Shown here in pieces: positions 1 to 11,927 of a DNA stretch of 64,000 nucleotides. Both the position numbers and the translations under genes were made by a program. The notes below the pieces were generated by a model that worked only from the letters and a program-made list of their open reading frames with translations, did no database searches and was not told the origin of the DNA. How positions within the stretch are numbered: the stretch's first letter is position 1; every line of letters starts with the position of its first letter. This DNA is from Selaginella moellendorffii (taxonomy: Eukaryota; Plantae; Lycopodiophyta): NCBI RefSeq assembly GCF_000143415.4, contig NW_003314313.1:390418-454417 (forward strand), read 5' to 3'.

Positions 1-9
1 CGAGCCACC

Positions 10-62
10 TGGGTACTCTCCTCACCTTCTGCCCTTGGGTGCTCTAGCCATGGGCTTAGAGC
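10..62 (+). repeat. ~53-bp dispersed direct repeat, second copy at ~1812-1863
   Basis: TGGGTACTCTCC...GGGTGCTCTAGCCATGGGCTTAGAG occurs at both positions with a few mismatches. Probably two decayed copies of one repeat family. Confidence 0.75.
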
Positions 63-387
63 GGGTTCCGTTGAGCCACACCAGGTATCCAAGTAGGTAG
101 TGCCACCCACACTTGGACTGGGAGCATCGGCCAGTCGATCTCCCGGGGGAACTAGAGCCGGCTCTTGAACACTTCACCAAGCTACCCCGCTTGTCGGTCT
201 GTGTTCACTCTAGTCTTGGACTTCCCAGTGGGCAGCTCATCACCCAACACTGGGTCCGGCCTTCCTGGGCCAAACTGGCCTTTCCTGGCCAAACTGGCTC
301 CACTGTAGTCCTCCCCCTACTATACTTTTGGGGCTCACCAAACCCCCCAGGGTCTGGGAGACGAACGCTTTGGGCTTTCACCCTCTC

Positions 388-487
388 AGGCTCCGGACTC
401 GGACTCGGACTCGGACTCGGACTCGGACTCAGACTCGGACTCGGATTCGGACTCGGGCTCGGGCTCGGGCTCGGTCTCGGCCTCGGC

Positions 488-518
<31 letters not shown>

Positions 519-822
519 CCGGTCTCGGTCCCGGTCTCGGTCTCGACTTCGGACTCCATCTCGGACTCCATCTCGGACTCCATCTCGGACTCCATCTCGG
601 GTCCATCTCGGGTCCATCTCGGACTCCATCTCGGACTCCATCTCGGACTCCATCTCGGACTCCATCTCGGGTCCATCTCAGACTCCATCTCGGACTCCAT
701 TTCGGGTCCATCTCGGGTCCACCTCGGACTCCATCTCGGACTCCATCTCGGACTCCATCTCGGGTCCATCTCGGGTCCACCTCAGACTCCATCTCGGACT
801 CCAACTCGAGTCCATCTCGGAC
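388..822. repeat. Compound GC-rich tandem array: (CTCGGA)n/(CTCGGG)n/(CTCGGT)n hexamers grading into 12-mer (GGACTCCATCTC)n
   Basis: Directly visible. It explains the low-complexity ORFs (GL, RT, ES, RP, EMES repeats) in several frames. Confidence 0.95.
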
Positions 823-1249
823 ACTCCCACGTGTCATGTGTTGGTCCTTTTGGGTCCCTTTTTGGAGCCTCTCCTTTTGCTCGCTTCGTGCTCATTCCTC
901 GAGCACTTCGTTGGGAGTTCCACTCCCGCTCTTGACTTTTCAAGTCGGAGCTTTTGGTCCAAACGTGTTACGCTCTTTTGGCTCTCGCTTCGGCCACTAC
1001 CATGTGGCGCCCTTCCGGCTCCACTTTGGGGCCTAGGGATTTTGTGTCTCACATATATGGCATCATAACCATACACTTGGACTTCACTCCTCTCCAAATA
1101 ATGGAAGGGTTTTTTTGTAAATGGACTAGGATTTGGAGGAATATTAAGAGGAGGCTGTAAGTGGCTAAATTCTCCATTTTATTTTAATCAGTTAACCATA
1201 CTTCCAACTATTTAAAGGAGTCTCCATAAGTTTTATTCTAAACTTAGGG

Positions 1250-1327
1250 CTTGCCAGCCTTGAGAATGGCATCCTTGCCAGCCCTGAGAATGGCATCCTT
1301 ACCAACCCTGAGAATGGCATTTTTGCC
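1250..1327 (+). repeat. 21-bp tandem repeat (~3.5 copies, TTGCCAGCCCTGAGAATGGCA-like)
   Basis: Unit repeated at ~1251, 1276, 1299 and 1322 with substitutions; unit length and phase approximate. Confidence 0.8.
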
Positions 1328-2139
1328 ACTCAACTTTTGCATTTGGTCTAAGTGTTTCACATGTTCAATCCTATGACCAACACCCAAAGGTACCACCAAT
1401 ATATCAACCCATTATGCTAAGGCCATGCCTTTTCATTTTTGCCACACTAGTGGTCCAAGACCACCTGCATCATAATCCTGTCTTTCAAAGATTGGGCCAT
1501 CTGTCTATGAGTGGTCATCCTAGATCCATTCATTAGCATCCTTAAGATGCCTGCAAATATAGGGAACAGCCTTCCCTAATATTTCTTTTTTCAATCCCCA
1601 CTAAGTCCCTCTTTGTTCATAGCTGTGTTCGCCAACACTGCCACTGGGTCAAGAGCCATAGACTCGACCACCAAGTCCCACTGTCCTCTGGGACTTCCTC
1701 ACCATATGATCATATCCTTGGTCACCACACCAAAGGACTACTCTTCTTCCTTTCCACAATCAAGGATTTTGGGACAACATTTCGGAACACTGTGGCCATT
1801 TGTAAGTCTCATGGGTACTCTCCCCACCTCTTGCCTTTGGGTGCTCTAGCCATGGGCTTAGAGTGAAGTTTTATATGCCCACTTAGAATAGGAGAATCAT
1901 GGTAAGCATGGAAAAACTATAGAATAAAGATTGAAGGCACCATTAGCCATAAATGATCATCAGGATCCATCCCCACAAAGTAAAGAAGGCCGTTTTCAAA
2001 GTGATATTGAGAATGTAAATACCAGAAGTGATACAAGATTCTCAAACCCATATCAAAGCCTTTCAATCCATGGCTCAATCTTTTGAGCCTTGTGAACCTC
2101 ATCAAGAGAAGGTAGATCTTGTTCTACATCTTATGGACA

Positions 2140-2920
2140 CTAAATGTCAAATACAACAACTGTTAATGACATAGAATCCTTATTTAAAAAATTCACAGAT
2201 GTTGAAACAATAGGCTCATCAGAAACTTGAGAAGATATTTGAAGCTTCAAAGCCCACCGAGCAGTATGACCAACCAGGTTCCTCCGCTTCAATAATGAAG
2301 TAACGGCAACATTATCACCTTTTAATAACGTTTGAGAACCATGTAGATATACATGAAGTTTTTTGAAACCCCAGACTGCTACTAAACACTCCTTCTCTGT
2401 CGTGGAGTAGTTCACTTCCACTAGTTGTAATATATAACTTATATATGCACAGTCTTAGAAATATCTTCGTGGCCATTGGTACTTGCCAATACCTAGAAGC
2501 AAGATCTAACTTGGTGAACTAACGATTTCTCCTTAAACAATCCAAGAGATCAGCAATGTGAGGAAGAAGGATACATCTAGGATCATCACTTTGTTTAACG
2601 AGTGATAGTTAATGCAAAAACAAATACTCCCATTAGATTTTGTCACGAAATGAAGTTCACATGCCTAAGGATTTTGTGACTTTTGAATAACATCATTTTT
2701 TAACATCTCCTTGAACGTAATTTCCTTGGGTGACCAACAACGAATAGAAACCTTGATTGGATGAGCATTCCCAGTTGAAATTATATGACATGTGGCAATC
2801 TTGGCCCCAGATGATAAGTCAAATTCAAAGAGATCAGCATACTCCTTCATGAGCTGATTAACCATTGCAACACAAAGACCGTATGAGGGATCAGAAAAGG
2901 GAAGAGCAAAACAAGACATT
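2140..2920 (-). mobile_element. Degenerate Ty3/gypsy LTR-retrotransposon pol remnant (RT N-terminus and RNase H)
   Basis: Minus-strand peptides: CHIISTGNAHPIKVS...EMLKNDVIQKSQNP (RT entry), ICFCINYHSLNKV (cf. RFCIDYRKLN) and NYSTTEKECLVAVWGFKKLHVYLHG...ARWALKLQ (gypsy RNase H). Broken by deletions and stops. Confidence 0.85.
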
Positions 2921-5087
2921 ATAAAATTATAAGTAAAATATAAACTTTAATAAACAAATCTGTATATTAAAATATATATGCTCTTCATTAGCTTTAGCAT
3001 TATGAAATTTAGCTTATGGATGTGTTGAGGAAGATATTGTGGGTTGTACCATGATTTCTTTTTTAGCATTAAAATTAATTTATGCGAAACTTGCGATCAT
3101 TATTAAGTGAGACTTGGCTATAAGCTTCTTTGAGCTTTTGGTTCTTTGAGTTTTATGCTCATTGTTCCATTTGTTAGAAGTTGTTAAGGAAGGCATTTTG
3201 GCTCTTAGCTTTGATGTTGAAATTAGTATTTGCATTTAGCAATCACTAGTGATGGTTGACTGTCATCTAGGATAGTTGATTATCCTTGTTAAATGATTTG
3301 CTTGATTATTATTGATATAGAATAATTTGTTGTTATTCGGGATGGTAGATTCTTTCTTTGACGATGATTATGCATCTCTTCATTGATGGGATGATTAATG
3401 ATCTTCATGATAGTTAGTTGTTCTCTTTAATGGCTTATGGCTTTTCGCAATACCACATGTTCTTTGTGGTTTGTTCTGGATTGGTCTCTTGGGATTGAAA
3501 CATCAGTAGGATATTGCTGATGCTTACTTGAGCAATTCTAGTTCCTTAGTATTGTCAACTGAGATCTATTTAGATTAGCTAGTGTGATAGTTGGCATGAA
3601 TGAATATTTGTTAATCTTACCACATTCCTCAGGGTGGTCACTCTTTATAAGTATTATATATCATCTACGTTCTGGAAGTTTATAATAGGGGGCCTAGTAT
3701 ACTTTTTTTGTTGTTCATAATTTGCCCCATACCCTTACATATACCCCAATTCTTATATATACGTGGAATATTCTGGTTATTTTTGCATAAAGCATATATA
3801 TATTTCCATTAATAAAAAATTTTATTTCACCCTTCTACGACAATTGATATTCCTGCTTTTATCTTTGATGAAATTATCAAAAACTTCCCTATCATGTTGT
3901 GGAAGCGAATATCTCTCGACTTCTTGATGATATGATAATGATGCCAAAACAATCAAACTTGTCAGTTCCACTAGCATATTATCAGGAGAACCTCATACTC
4001 AAACCCATCATCGAGCTGCACTGGTGGAGGCAGAGGAATGACCCAATTTGGAATAGGGCTGGGAATACAAATTAATTGCAACCCTTGAGTTGATTGTACT
4101 ACTCCAATCCACTTAAAGATCCCAACTTAAGACACACAAGTAGCTCTTATCACTGTTAAACACTTCAAACACTGGTAACAAACTCTGAGAGCTTCTTATA
4201 TTTTCAGCCATGTGGCCTCAACCCATTCAGGATGCATTCGGGAAACAGGCGATTCTGATCCGGCAAGTATTCCTTACGGATACGAGACTGCATCTTGGTC
4301 CAACTTCTAGTCTGCCCTTTTTTAGCACACACTTAGCGCCACCAAGTTTTGTGCCCAAGGACTCTATGACTTCTGAATAACACCCTATTTTAACATCTCC
4401 TTGATGTTTGCACATAAAATCTTGATCTCTTTGGGTGATTGATGACGAATAGAAAGGCCATTGGTATATTAACTCTATTTTTTGTGTTAGCTTTGGCATT
4501 GAGTGTTACTTTGTGATCTTCTTTTTTTGCTCATCAACTATATGCTCTAGCTTCAGAAGCATCACATTCCCTATAGTAGCATAGGTTAATTTAAAAATCA
4601 GTAGAATCAACTAAAAGATTGGTTAATTCAATCACTTCCCTTGTGTCCCTCTAGATATTGTTCACTTTTTTCCTCATGGAAAGAATTTGACCAACATACC
4701 AAACAAACTTCAAACAACTTCCTTCCTGTTCTTCAAACCACAATGCACAATCACTCCTAACACCAAGAGCTGTTTGTGCATTGAGATTTCTTCCTTGTTC
4801 ATAAACTGTCAAGTTATTCTTCACCCGTGTGAGCTAGTCTTTGGAGAGAAATGGATTTCCATTTAGCTGAGAAATGATGGTCGACTTGCAGATTTTCTTC
4901 CTGTCAACCAAAACTGTTGCTTCCACTTTTAATGACTGAGAATCTTCAATATGATCCAAAACAGCATCAAAAGTATGCCTCAGTTCACTTGCTGCTTCAG
5001 TAGCTTCCTTAGTAGCTTATTCTCCAGAAACTACCAACCAAGGAATGTCTCGTTCTATGATGACTACCCACCAGGACCCCGAACTAG

Positions 5088-5179
5088 TTTAGGGTTTAGG
5101 TTTAGAGTTTAAGGTTTTTAGGGTTTTTAGAGTTTTTAGTTTAGAGTTTATGGGTTTAGGGTTTAGGGTTTAGGGTTTT
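5088..5179 (+). repeat. Degenerate interstitial telomeric repeat (TTTAGGG)n
   Basis: About 12 perfect and degenerate TTTAGGG/TTTAGAG/TTTAAGG units. Confidence 0.9.
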
Positions 5180-6658
5180 GATATATGGTTGAAAATTAAA
5201 GTAAAGATACTACACTAAGGAGCAAGGCTTGTAACAGTCTAGGAACATAACGGATGCAAAAGAATATACACACACATGTCAAAGGGACAATTGGAGCAAA
5301 TTTGATTTATTTTAAGAGCAAAAACAAGGAGGCTTACACCAAAGATCAACAATACTATTGGAATTACAACCGATCACTATTTTTCGGCCAATAATACAAG
5401 AGAGAGATGGATTGAAAGAAAAACACAAGAGCTACAATCATATTGACATTTTAGAACCTACTTTGAATATAACAAAATAATACCATACAATTGGTAGTAC
5501 ATAGAATCATTATTGGTGCCACAAGGTGCAGCAAGCCTCACTATCATGCTGATACAGAGTACCAACAGTCTATGTATAGTGGAAATTGAAGGCACTAACA
5601 TTCAGTGTGGAGCATGACAACAACACTGAATACACATGGAATTATTGATATATACATATTTATAACTCACTCAAAGAATTGGGCATCACAAAGAGAATTA
5701 TTATTAATTGTATCGAAAAAGTAGCTACAAGAATTACAACAAAAAGGAGGAAGAATAATAAAAGATATGAAAAACACAAAATAATTTATTTTTTACTTTC
5801 TTAAAACACAGTATTTGAGAAGACCACTAGAATACATAATATTTTACACACAAATACAATCAATAATCAAAAGACAAATAACCATAATACACTAAAGAGA
5901 AGCACATGTATTAACGTCAACTAGATCCAAAAAAGAAGATTAAAATAGACAAGAAAAGAATGAGAAAAAAAAGAGAGAGAAAAAAGTTTGCATGAAAAGA
6001 GAGGAGAGATTACCTCCATTATGTAAAATAGTGCCCTGTTATTCAAACATGTCAAATTATAATTCTTAAGTAACCTAGTTTGATTTTTTCAGTGTAATCA
6101 TTTCATGGAAACACTACAGTTAATACAATTTTATGTTAGAATTTCAAACATGACTTTGGGCTACTCTCTAACTACTAGGTAAAGCGGTCTTGTCAATTTG
6201 AATTCTATAAAACTGAATATCCCAAAACAGGTGGATTGTTGAATATTCATGATAATAGATAATTTGTGAGTTGGTATTTGATTGTTGTTAGGCCATTTAG
6301 CTTGGGTTTCTCTCTTTATCTGGTTACAAAAGTATCTACCTTGTTAAAAAGTTATTTATCCCTACAAACATAACTTTTTAAATTAAAATGCATTAGCAGC
6401 ATTACTAGTCAAAAGAGTACATAATAGAAAGATATTCTTTTTATTGCCTAGGAGCTAGTTCTAGCATACGCAGAAGAGTCAAATAGTATACAAGGGAGTG
6501 CATACAGAAAAGAGAATTACAAGAGTATCAAATACAAGTAACTGAGCAACAGGAACATATAGGTGGGATAAATAGTCCAGGCATTCATGCAACAGAGTGA
6601 GTCCACTCCAAGTATAGTTTTCTTTTAATTTTGAGTCATAAGAGTTTCCCTGTATGCA

Positions 6659-7480
6659 TTCATCTTTATTCTATCTATGTGTTCATCACCCTGGACTGAA
6701 TAGTTGAATATATTTGTTTAGAGCTGATGAACGACCATCTTACCCATGCTCTTCAATGATGAGGTTGTGTCAACTCAAATCTAGGACATAAAGAGGTCCT
6801 GCGGCTAATAAGGCATATCAAACACATACAAAGTTTTACCACCATCTTTCCATCTTCATTTCATCTATCACCTTCTGAAGAGGTATGTGACCATGACAAC
6901 TCTACATCCTCCATCCACCATATTCATTGTCTGTACTCATAGGGAAATTATGTAAGAGTGTCCATCCATGGACCACTGGGGATGGTCGAAGTTCTTGGGA
7001 ACAAAGAAAGAACAATAGCAAGCAACATTTTACACGTTATGGTGACTTAGCTTCAAAACCTTCACCGCCTTGAACACCTGTGATCACTCAAGCACTATTT
7101 ATGCGCTCTAAACGTGGCTGGAGTTGTACCAGAGGCAGAGAACTGTAGTCAGAAAAGGTAAAGAGTGCATTATTAGGGAGTGAGGGTGGAAAATCATTCT
7201 CGCATTCATTTCTCAATCCTTCTTGAGTAAAACCATTGAGCGTGGTGGATGGATAATGTAGAGTTATCGAAGTTGCCAGTGAATATACCCCTCCACGAGG
7301 TAAGATGAATTATGGATGGAATGCTGGTGGTGGAACTTCGTATGTGCTCAGTCAGAACAACGCAGTGTCCTAGATCAAACTTTGTCACTGTAAGAGTATG
7401 GGTAAGATGGTCGTTTATTAGCTCTTTGTAGAAGGTAACAAACTAACCCCTCAGTACAAGGTGATGGGAATAAAGATGGA
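6659..7480. repeat. Long imperfect inverted repeat (arms ~6659-6939 and ~7224-7480, loop ~285 nt)
   Basis: Colinear reverse-complement blocks. AGAGCTGATGAACGACCATCTTACCCATGCTCTT (6720) matches RC of 7391-7425. CACATACAAAGTTTTACCACCA (6823) matches RC of ~7325-7346. AACTCTACATCCTCCATCCACCA (6898) matches RC of 7243-7265. Confidence 0.85.
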
Positions 7481-8099
7481 TCTGACGGCACTGGTACTTG
7501 GTTGCCTGTACCTGGTCAGACTGGCAACTAGATCAAACTTGTTGTTTTGCAACATAAAGATGGATCTGATCGTGCCGTCATAGACATAGACAGCTTATGT
7601 CTAACAACAGCTGATTTTGCAATTCTAATTTTATAGATTTTCCATATATGCAAAATTCTATAGCCAATAACCCATCTTTTAAGGATCTTCAAGTGAATGT
7701 GGGTGCTGATGTTCACTGTAGCAGCAAAATCAAGAAGACACCTCATCAAAGTAATTATAAGTATTTATATCTATGATGAAGTATATATCATTCTACCTTT
7801 GTGATTGTCGACTTGTAGTACCATGTAACTTCTTTTCCAGATTAACTCAAATACTTTATGTGGTTTACTGAGCGTAATGTGGTGCTGTTGAGATGGTTGC
7901 TACAAGGCCAAAGACATTGTTCCCTGACAACCAACGGACAGAAATGTAGAAGACGAACAGGTAAACAATTTGAGAGATAGTAAGAACTCAAACGATTTCA
8001 ACAAATGAACTACATGCAAACAAGCATCGATTGCTTTTATTAAAAAATTAAAAAACAGTTTTCAAGGCTTTAAGTTTTTGAAACAATTATATGCACCCA

Positions 8100-8218
8100 T
8101 GACGTGCTTTTGTTTTTAAGTGACGTAGCCACTGTAGAGCTGACTTTGCGTGTTTGTTTTTTAAGTGTCGTAACCACTCTAGAGCTGACTTTGTACATTA
8201 TACAGCCTATATATATAA
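8100..8218 (+). promoter_or_regulatory. Putative promoter of the knottin gene: TATA box, TGACG motifs and a ~42-bp tandem duplication
   Basis: TATATATATAA at 8208-8218, ~55 bp before the ATG. TGACGT at 8100 and 8121. Near-identical units at 8108-8148 and 8153-8193. Confidence 0.55.
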
Positions 8219-8271
8219 TTGTGTAAAGTGACTTCAAATCAAGTGTTGGAGCCTCTAGACTCTAGAGGGGA

Positions 8272-8568
8272 ATGGGAAATCTTCAGAAGCTGAGTGCAAT
8301 ATTGTTCATAATTGTCAGCATTTTACTTCTGTTCATGACAATAAGCTCTTCGGCAGCCATGCTGAACCAAGGTAATGATGAGAGCCCAGGTTTTGATGTT
8401 GAATCTGATTGTTTGCCAATTTCAGCTGGGGGTCGCAAACTGCTACAGGATGATTGTGATGTATATCGTCCAACATGTGTTTATGAGGGTGGAGAGAAGT
8501 GTTGTGAAGGATGGAGTTGCATACTCCAAGGAGGAGGAGCGTATGGTCTTTGTGTCCCTCCTGAATGA
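8272..8568 (+). CDS. Secreted cysteine-rich knottin (inhibitor cystine knot)-like prepropeptide
   Basis: Hydrophobic signal peptide, acidic prodomain, RKLL processing-type motif, then C-x6-C-x7-CC-x4-C-x10-C. Intronless intact ORF with an upstream TATA box. Confidence 0.85.
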   Translation: MGNLQKLSAILFIIVSILLLFMTISSSAAMLNQGNDESPGFDVESDCLPISAGGRKLLQDDCDVYRPTCVYEGGEKCCEGWSCILQGGGAYGLCVPPE

Positions 8569-9210
8569 AGATCCTAGAAATCTGCGGGAAATCTGCAGAT
8601 ATAAGAAGGCTCCAGTCTCCTACCTGTGATGCCGGTTTGTGGATTTGTATGCTGTTTTAATCTTCAAAATACTCTATTGGTCTGGATTTGTGACAACACG
8701 GTCCAAACACACATAAGCCACTGCTGTCAGCTCCGAGATTAAGCTTATGCCCAATCCCTGCCTTTTCAATCGCTTGCTCCGAACTAAAGACCAAATCTAC
8801 GAGGGCCCAATGCTGCTGGTAACTGGTTTACCTCTACCGCACATGATCCAGACACTGATTCGAGAGATTGATGTCTGCATGAGCAATTCCATAATTCTGG
8901 ATACGTGTGTGTGTACACAATGTCAGCAAGACAAGAAAGTATGGAGACCTATAGACTTGCTATAGCGCAAGATAACAATCACAAACCGAAAATCGAGCGT
9001 TGCTTTGCGGAAAGCTTATCTCCTCAATTGGATTGATCAACAGCGACAGACCGGACGCCTTTTGGGGTTCATTCCGTGCTTAAAGGCAGCAGCATCTTCT
9101 GCTTATGCTCCACTACCGCCAGGAATCTTCCCCTCGCATGATCGCATCAATTTGCAAAACCATAAAACACATGCGTATTCAATGCAAAGAAATGTCCGAC
9201 TTTTCCAAGG

Positions 9211-9305
9211 TAGTCATAGTTATAGTTACAATTGAGAGTCTAGTCATAGTTATAGTTACAATTGAGAGGCTAGTCATAGAGGCTAGTCATAGTTACAATT
9301 GAGAG
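9211..9305 (+). repeat. ~30-bp tandem repeat (TAGTCATAGTTATAGTTACAATTGAGAG), ~3 copies
   Basis: Directly visible; third copy partly rearranged. Confidence 0.85.
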
Positions 9306-10950
9306 CTGTACTAGGGGCGCCTACTGATTTTGTGGTCAAAGTAGAATTGTTCTCTGCTTGATTGTTGCTAACATACAACTCATCAATTTCACCTAGAAGA
9401 CGTATTGGCATCTGTCTGCAGATGTCATCGGGAGTTGATTGGCCCCGGAACATGTGGATCTGGCTGATCTGGCCTTACTACCAAATGAAGATGGTAGCGA
9501 CCACGGTAAGCGCATGCTATGCTTGTTGTACACTTCTGCTGTTGGGATGTACTTGTAGATGGAATCCAATGCACCCAAGCAATTATTCCAGATGTGCAGC
9601 CCTCCTTAAGCTTGCTGCATGATCAGTCATCCGGGAGTCAACTATTGACACGGACAACAAGCGATGGAGTGTTCATAGTGAGAGAAAAGAAAACTTTGCT
9701 AACCTGAATGGCCTATCAACTTGCATGACGTCCCTAAGACTTACATCAAGAAGTACACAACTGTGTGCCACCTCCCTTTGCTAGAATATACGTGAGAATG
9801 GATATGCTTGGATTGTTCTTTCAGGACGTTGGGACACGCATATTCCAAAACTGTCAAACCGTGGGTCGCAGTTGGGAGCACGTTGACATATTGGTTCCGA
9901 ACTAGTATTTTGTTGTTAGTTCCAGAATCATCAATTTACTTGTAGAGACTCTTCATATCTTCAATGAATTTATCAAACTTCTCATCCTCATTCCATTTCA
10001 AACTAATCACCTTGGTGTAGAGGTGGCCAATTTGGATACACTGTGTGATAAGTTTCTTAAGAATTGAAGAAACAATAGCAAGGCCTATGGTGGCAAAAGT
10101 TTATCTTTTTCTTGATAGAAAGCACTAGGATTAGGAGGATTTTCAGTGCCACTAACACATCTCCACACTCCTTCAGCCTTCAAGATAAATTCCATATCTG
10201 TGAAACTTAAACCATAAAATACTTTAATGATTGTGTTCATGGTAAATAAAAAAAACAAAGGAAAGACAGAACATGAGCTCCCAATACCATGTCAAAGACC
10301 AAGAAGCAAGACTTGGAACACACAAGAGAATTCAATCCGGTTGTTTTCTTTGCTTGGTCTTCCTTTGTTCTTCGTTTCGCATCTAACGCGTTTAATTCCA
10401 TTGCTTTTTTGACTCTTGGAGACGAACGTGGTTGGAACACGACCAGCACAAGCGAGGTTTATGGAGAAGCATCCTCAGAAGGAAGATTTGGGAAATGTGA
10501 AGCCAATCGCTATGGTCTTTGCTCTTTCCTATCGCAGCACTGTGATCTGGTTTAGGTGTGAGAAGTTGCTATGACAAGGGTAAGAGGACTGCAGAGACTC
10601 ACAATGGATTATCACAGAGGCGCAAACGTGTCGTTAAGTACTTGGAAAAACTTTGCTTGAAAGCCTAGCAAAGGTTGATAGTGATAACAAATGTTCCATC
10701 CTCGTATTTTAAACATATATAGTCCTGGACAATGGCCGAGTTGTCAGCAACTTCGTTGTCCAAAGAATCTGTTGAAAGGCTTTGCTACTCGTTTTCATTC
10801 TTTTGCCTTCTCGCAGGCCTTTGACAGTCTATGCTTCCAGTTCAGGTAAACGTTCAAGTCAGGTGAAATTGTCGTCTTCTAGCGCGTACTACCACGTCTA
10901 CAATTGGCCACCGGGAATAAGATGAGTCTTCAAATTTTCCTACTCCAAAA

Positions 10951-11050
10951 GTGGTCCAGCTCCCTGATTCCCTGGCCAAGCTCGCGGTGCTGGAGACGCT
11001 GGATCTATCCGAGAATTCCATCTCAGGCCCCATCCCGGATGTCTCTGGAT
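10951..11050 (+). pseudogene. Isolated plant-type extracellular LRR fragment (LRR-RLK/RLP derived)
   Basis: QLPDSLAKLAVLETLDLSENSISGPIPD matches LxxLxxLxxLDLSxNxxSGxIP. No flanking intact gene. Confidence 0.75.
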
Positions 11051-11589
11051 TTTCCCTGCAACTTCTGCCCAGAAAATTGAATCGATCTTCTCTTTCCACG
11101 TCTCTCCAAGTGTCTTCTCGCACAATGATAACATCAGAACATACTCCACTCGTGTCTTTTGACGATGTCAACACGCCCTCGCCATGAACCTCTGCTCCAT
11201 CAGCTTTCAGTCTGTCTTTGATCTCCCTCGAGGTGTTCGTCTTCTCGTTCCTCCAGGTCTTCAACCTCTGCTCCATCAGCTTCCAGTCCTTCTTCCAGCC
11301 CTTGATCGCCCTCAAGTTGTTCTTCTTCTCGTTGCTCCAGGCCTTCAACCTGTTCTTCCGGTTGCTACCCTGTTCCTCTAATCCCTGGTGCTCCGGGCTC
11401 TGATAGTGGGGGAAGAAAACTACAGCAAGCTAATGTCTTACCTCTTATAGCCCTCCACAAAGTGGAACGATGCATCTCTCTCGCTCCAAATCCAAGGAAA
11501 TTCATTTTGTTTTCTTGTGAGTAATGGTGGTAACTAGCTGTTTTGATTATGTATGTATGAACTCCAAGTTTGTGTGTGTTTGCAGCTCC

Positions 11590-11825
11590 TATGTGTCCGA
11601 CCATCCTTGGTTATCAAAGCGAGTCCTTGAGCGAGTTCAAAAAAGTCTCTGAGAACTCCCAGACCCTGATTTTGGCATCCCACTTGAAAGACATACATGG
11701 ACTTTGTTTTGCAGGCAGCAGCCTGCATCTCCGGCTGGAGCCTGCAAGCAACAGCCAGCTTGAACCGAAAGGCGGGGAGAAAATCACTCAAACTATAAGA
11801 CTCGAGAACAGCATGCTTGGACAGG
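11590..11825 (+). pseudogene. Fragment of AP-1 gamma-adaptin ear domain
   Basis: PTILGYQSESL...; shifted frame YMDFVLQAA; LHLRLEPASNSQLEPKGGEKITQTIRLENSMLGQ resembles plant gamma-adaptin C-terminus (DFIFQAAVPKFLQLHLDPAS...ITQxLRVTNSQHG). Frameshifted. Confidence 0.65.
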
Positions 11826-11927
11826 TTTTCTCAATAGTCTTTGACAGAAACGAGAATATGAATCAGCTACAAAGTGCTGGTTTTATAAGTACCTTTCACT
11901 TTTTGTTCCTTTATTTGATGTTTTTTG

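Noticed and set aside
388-822. CRISPR-like array
   Set aside because: Contiguous short units without unique spacers, in a eukaryotic context.
113-1068. Long ORFs of 127-307 aa in several frames
   Set aside because: Produced by the stop-free microsatellite; no recognisable domain.
3240-3470. Possible gag zinc-knuckle and protease remnants on the minus strand (C-WYCEKP; TILDDSQPSLV)
   Set aside because: Require frameshifts and are too degenerate to support as features.
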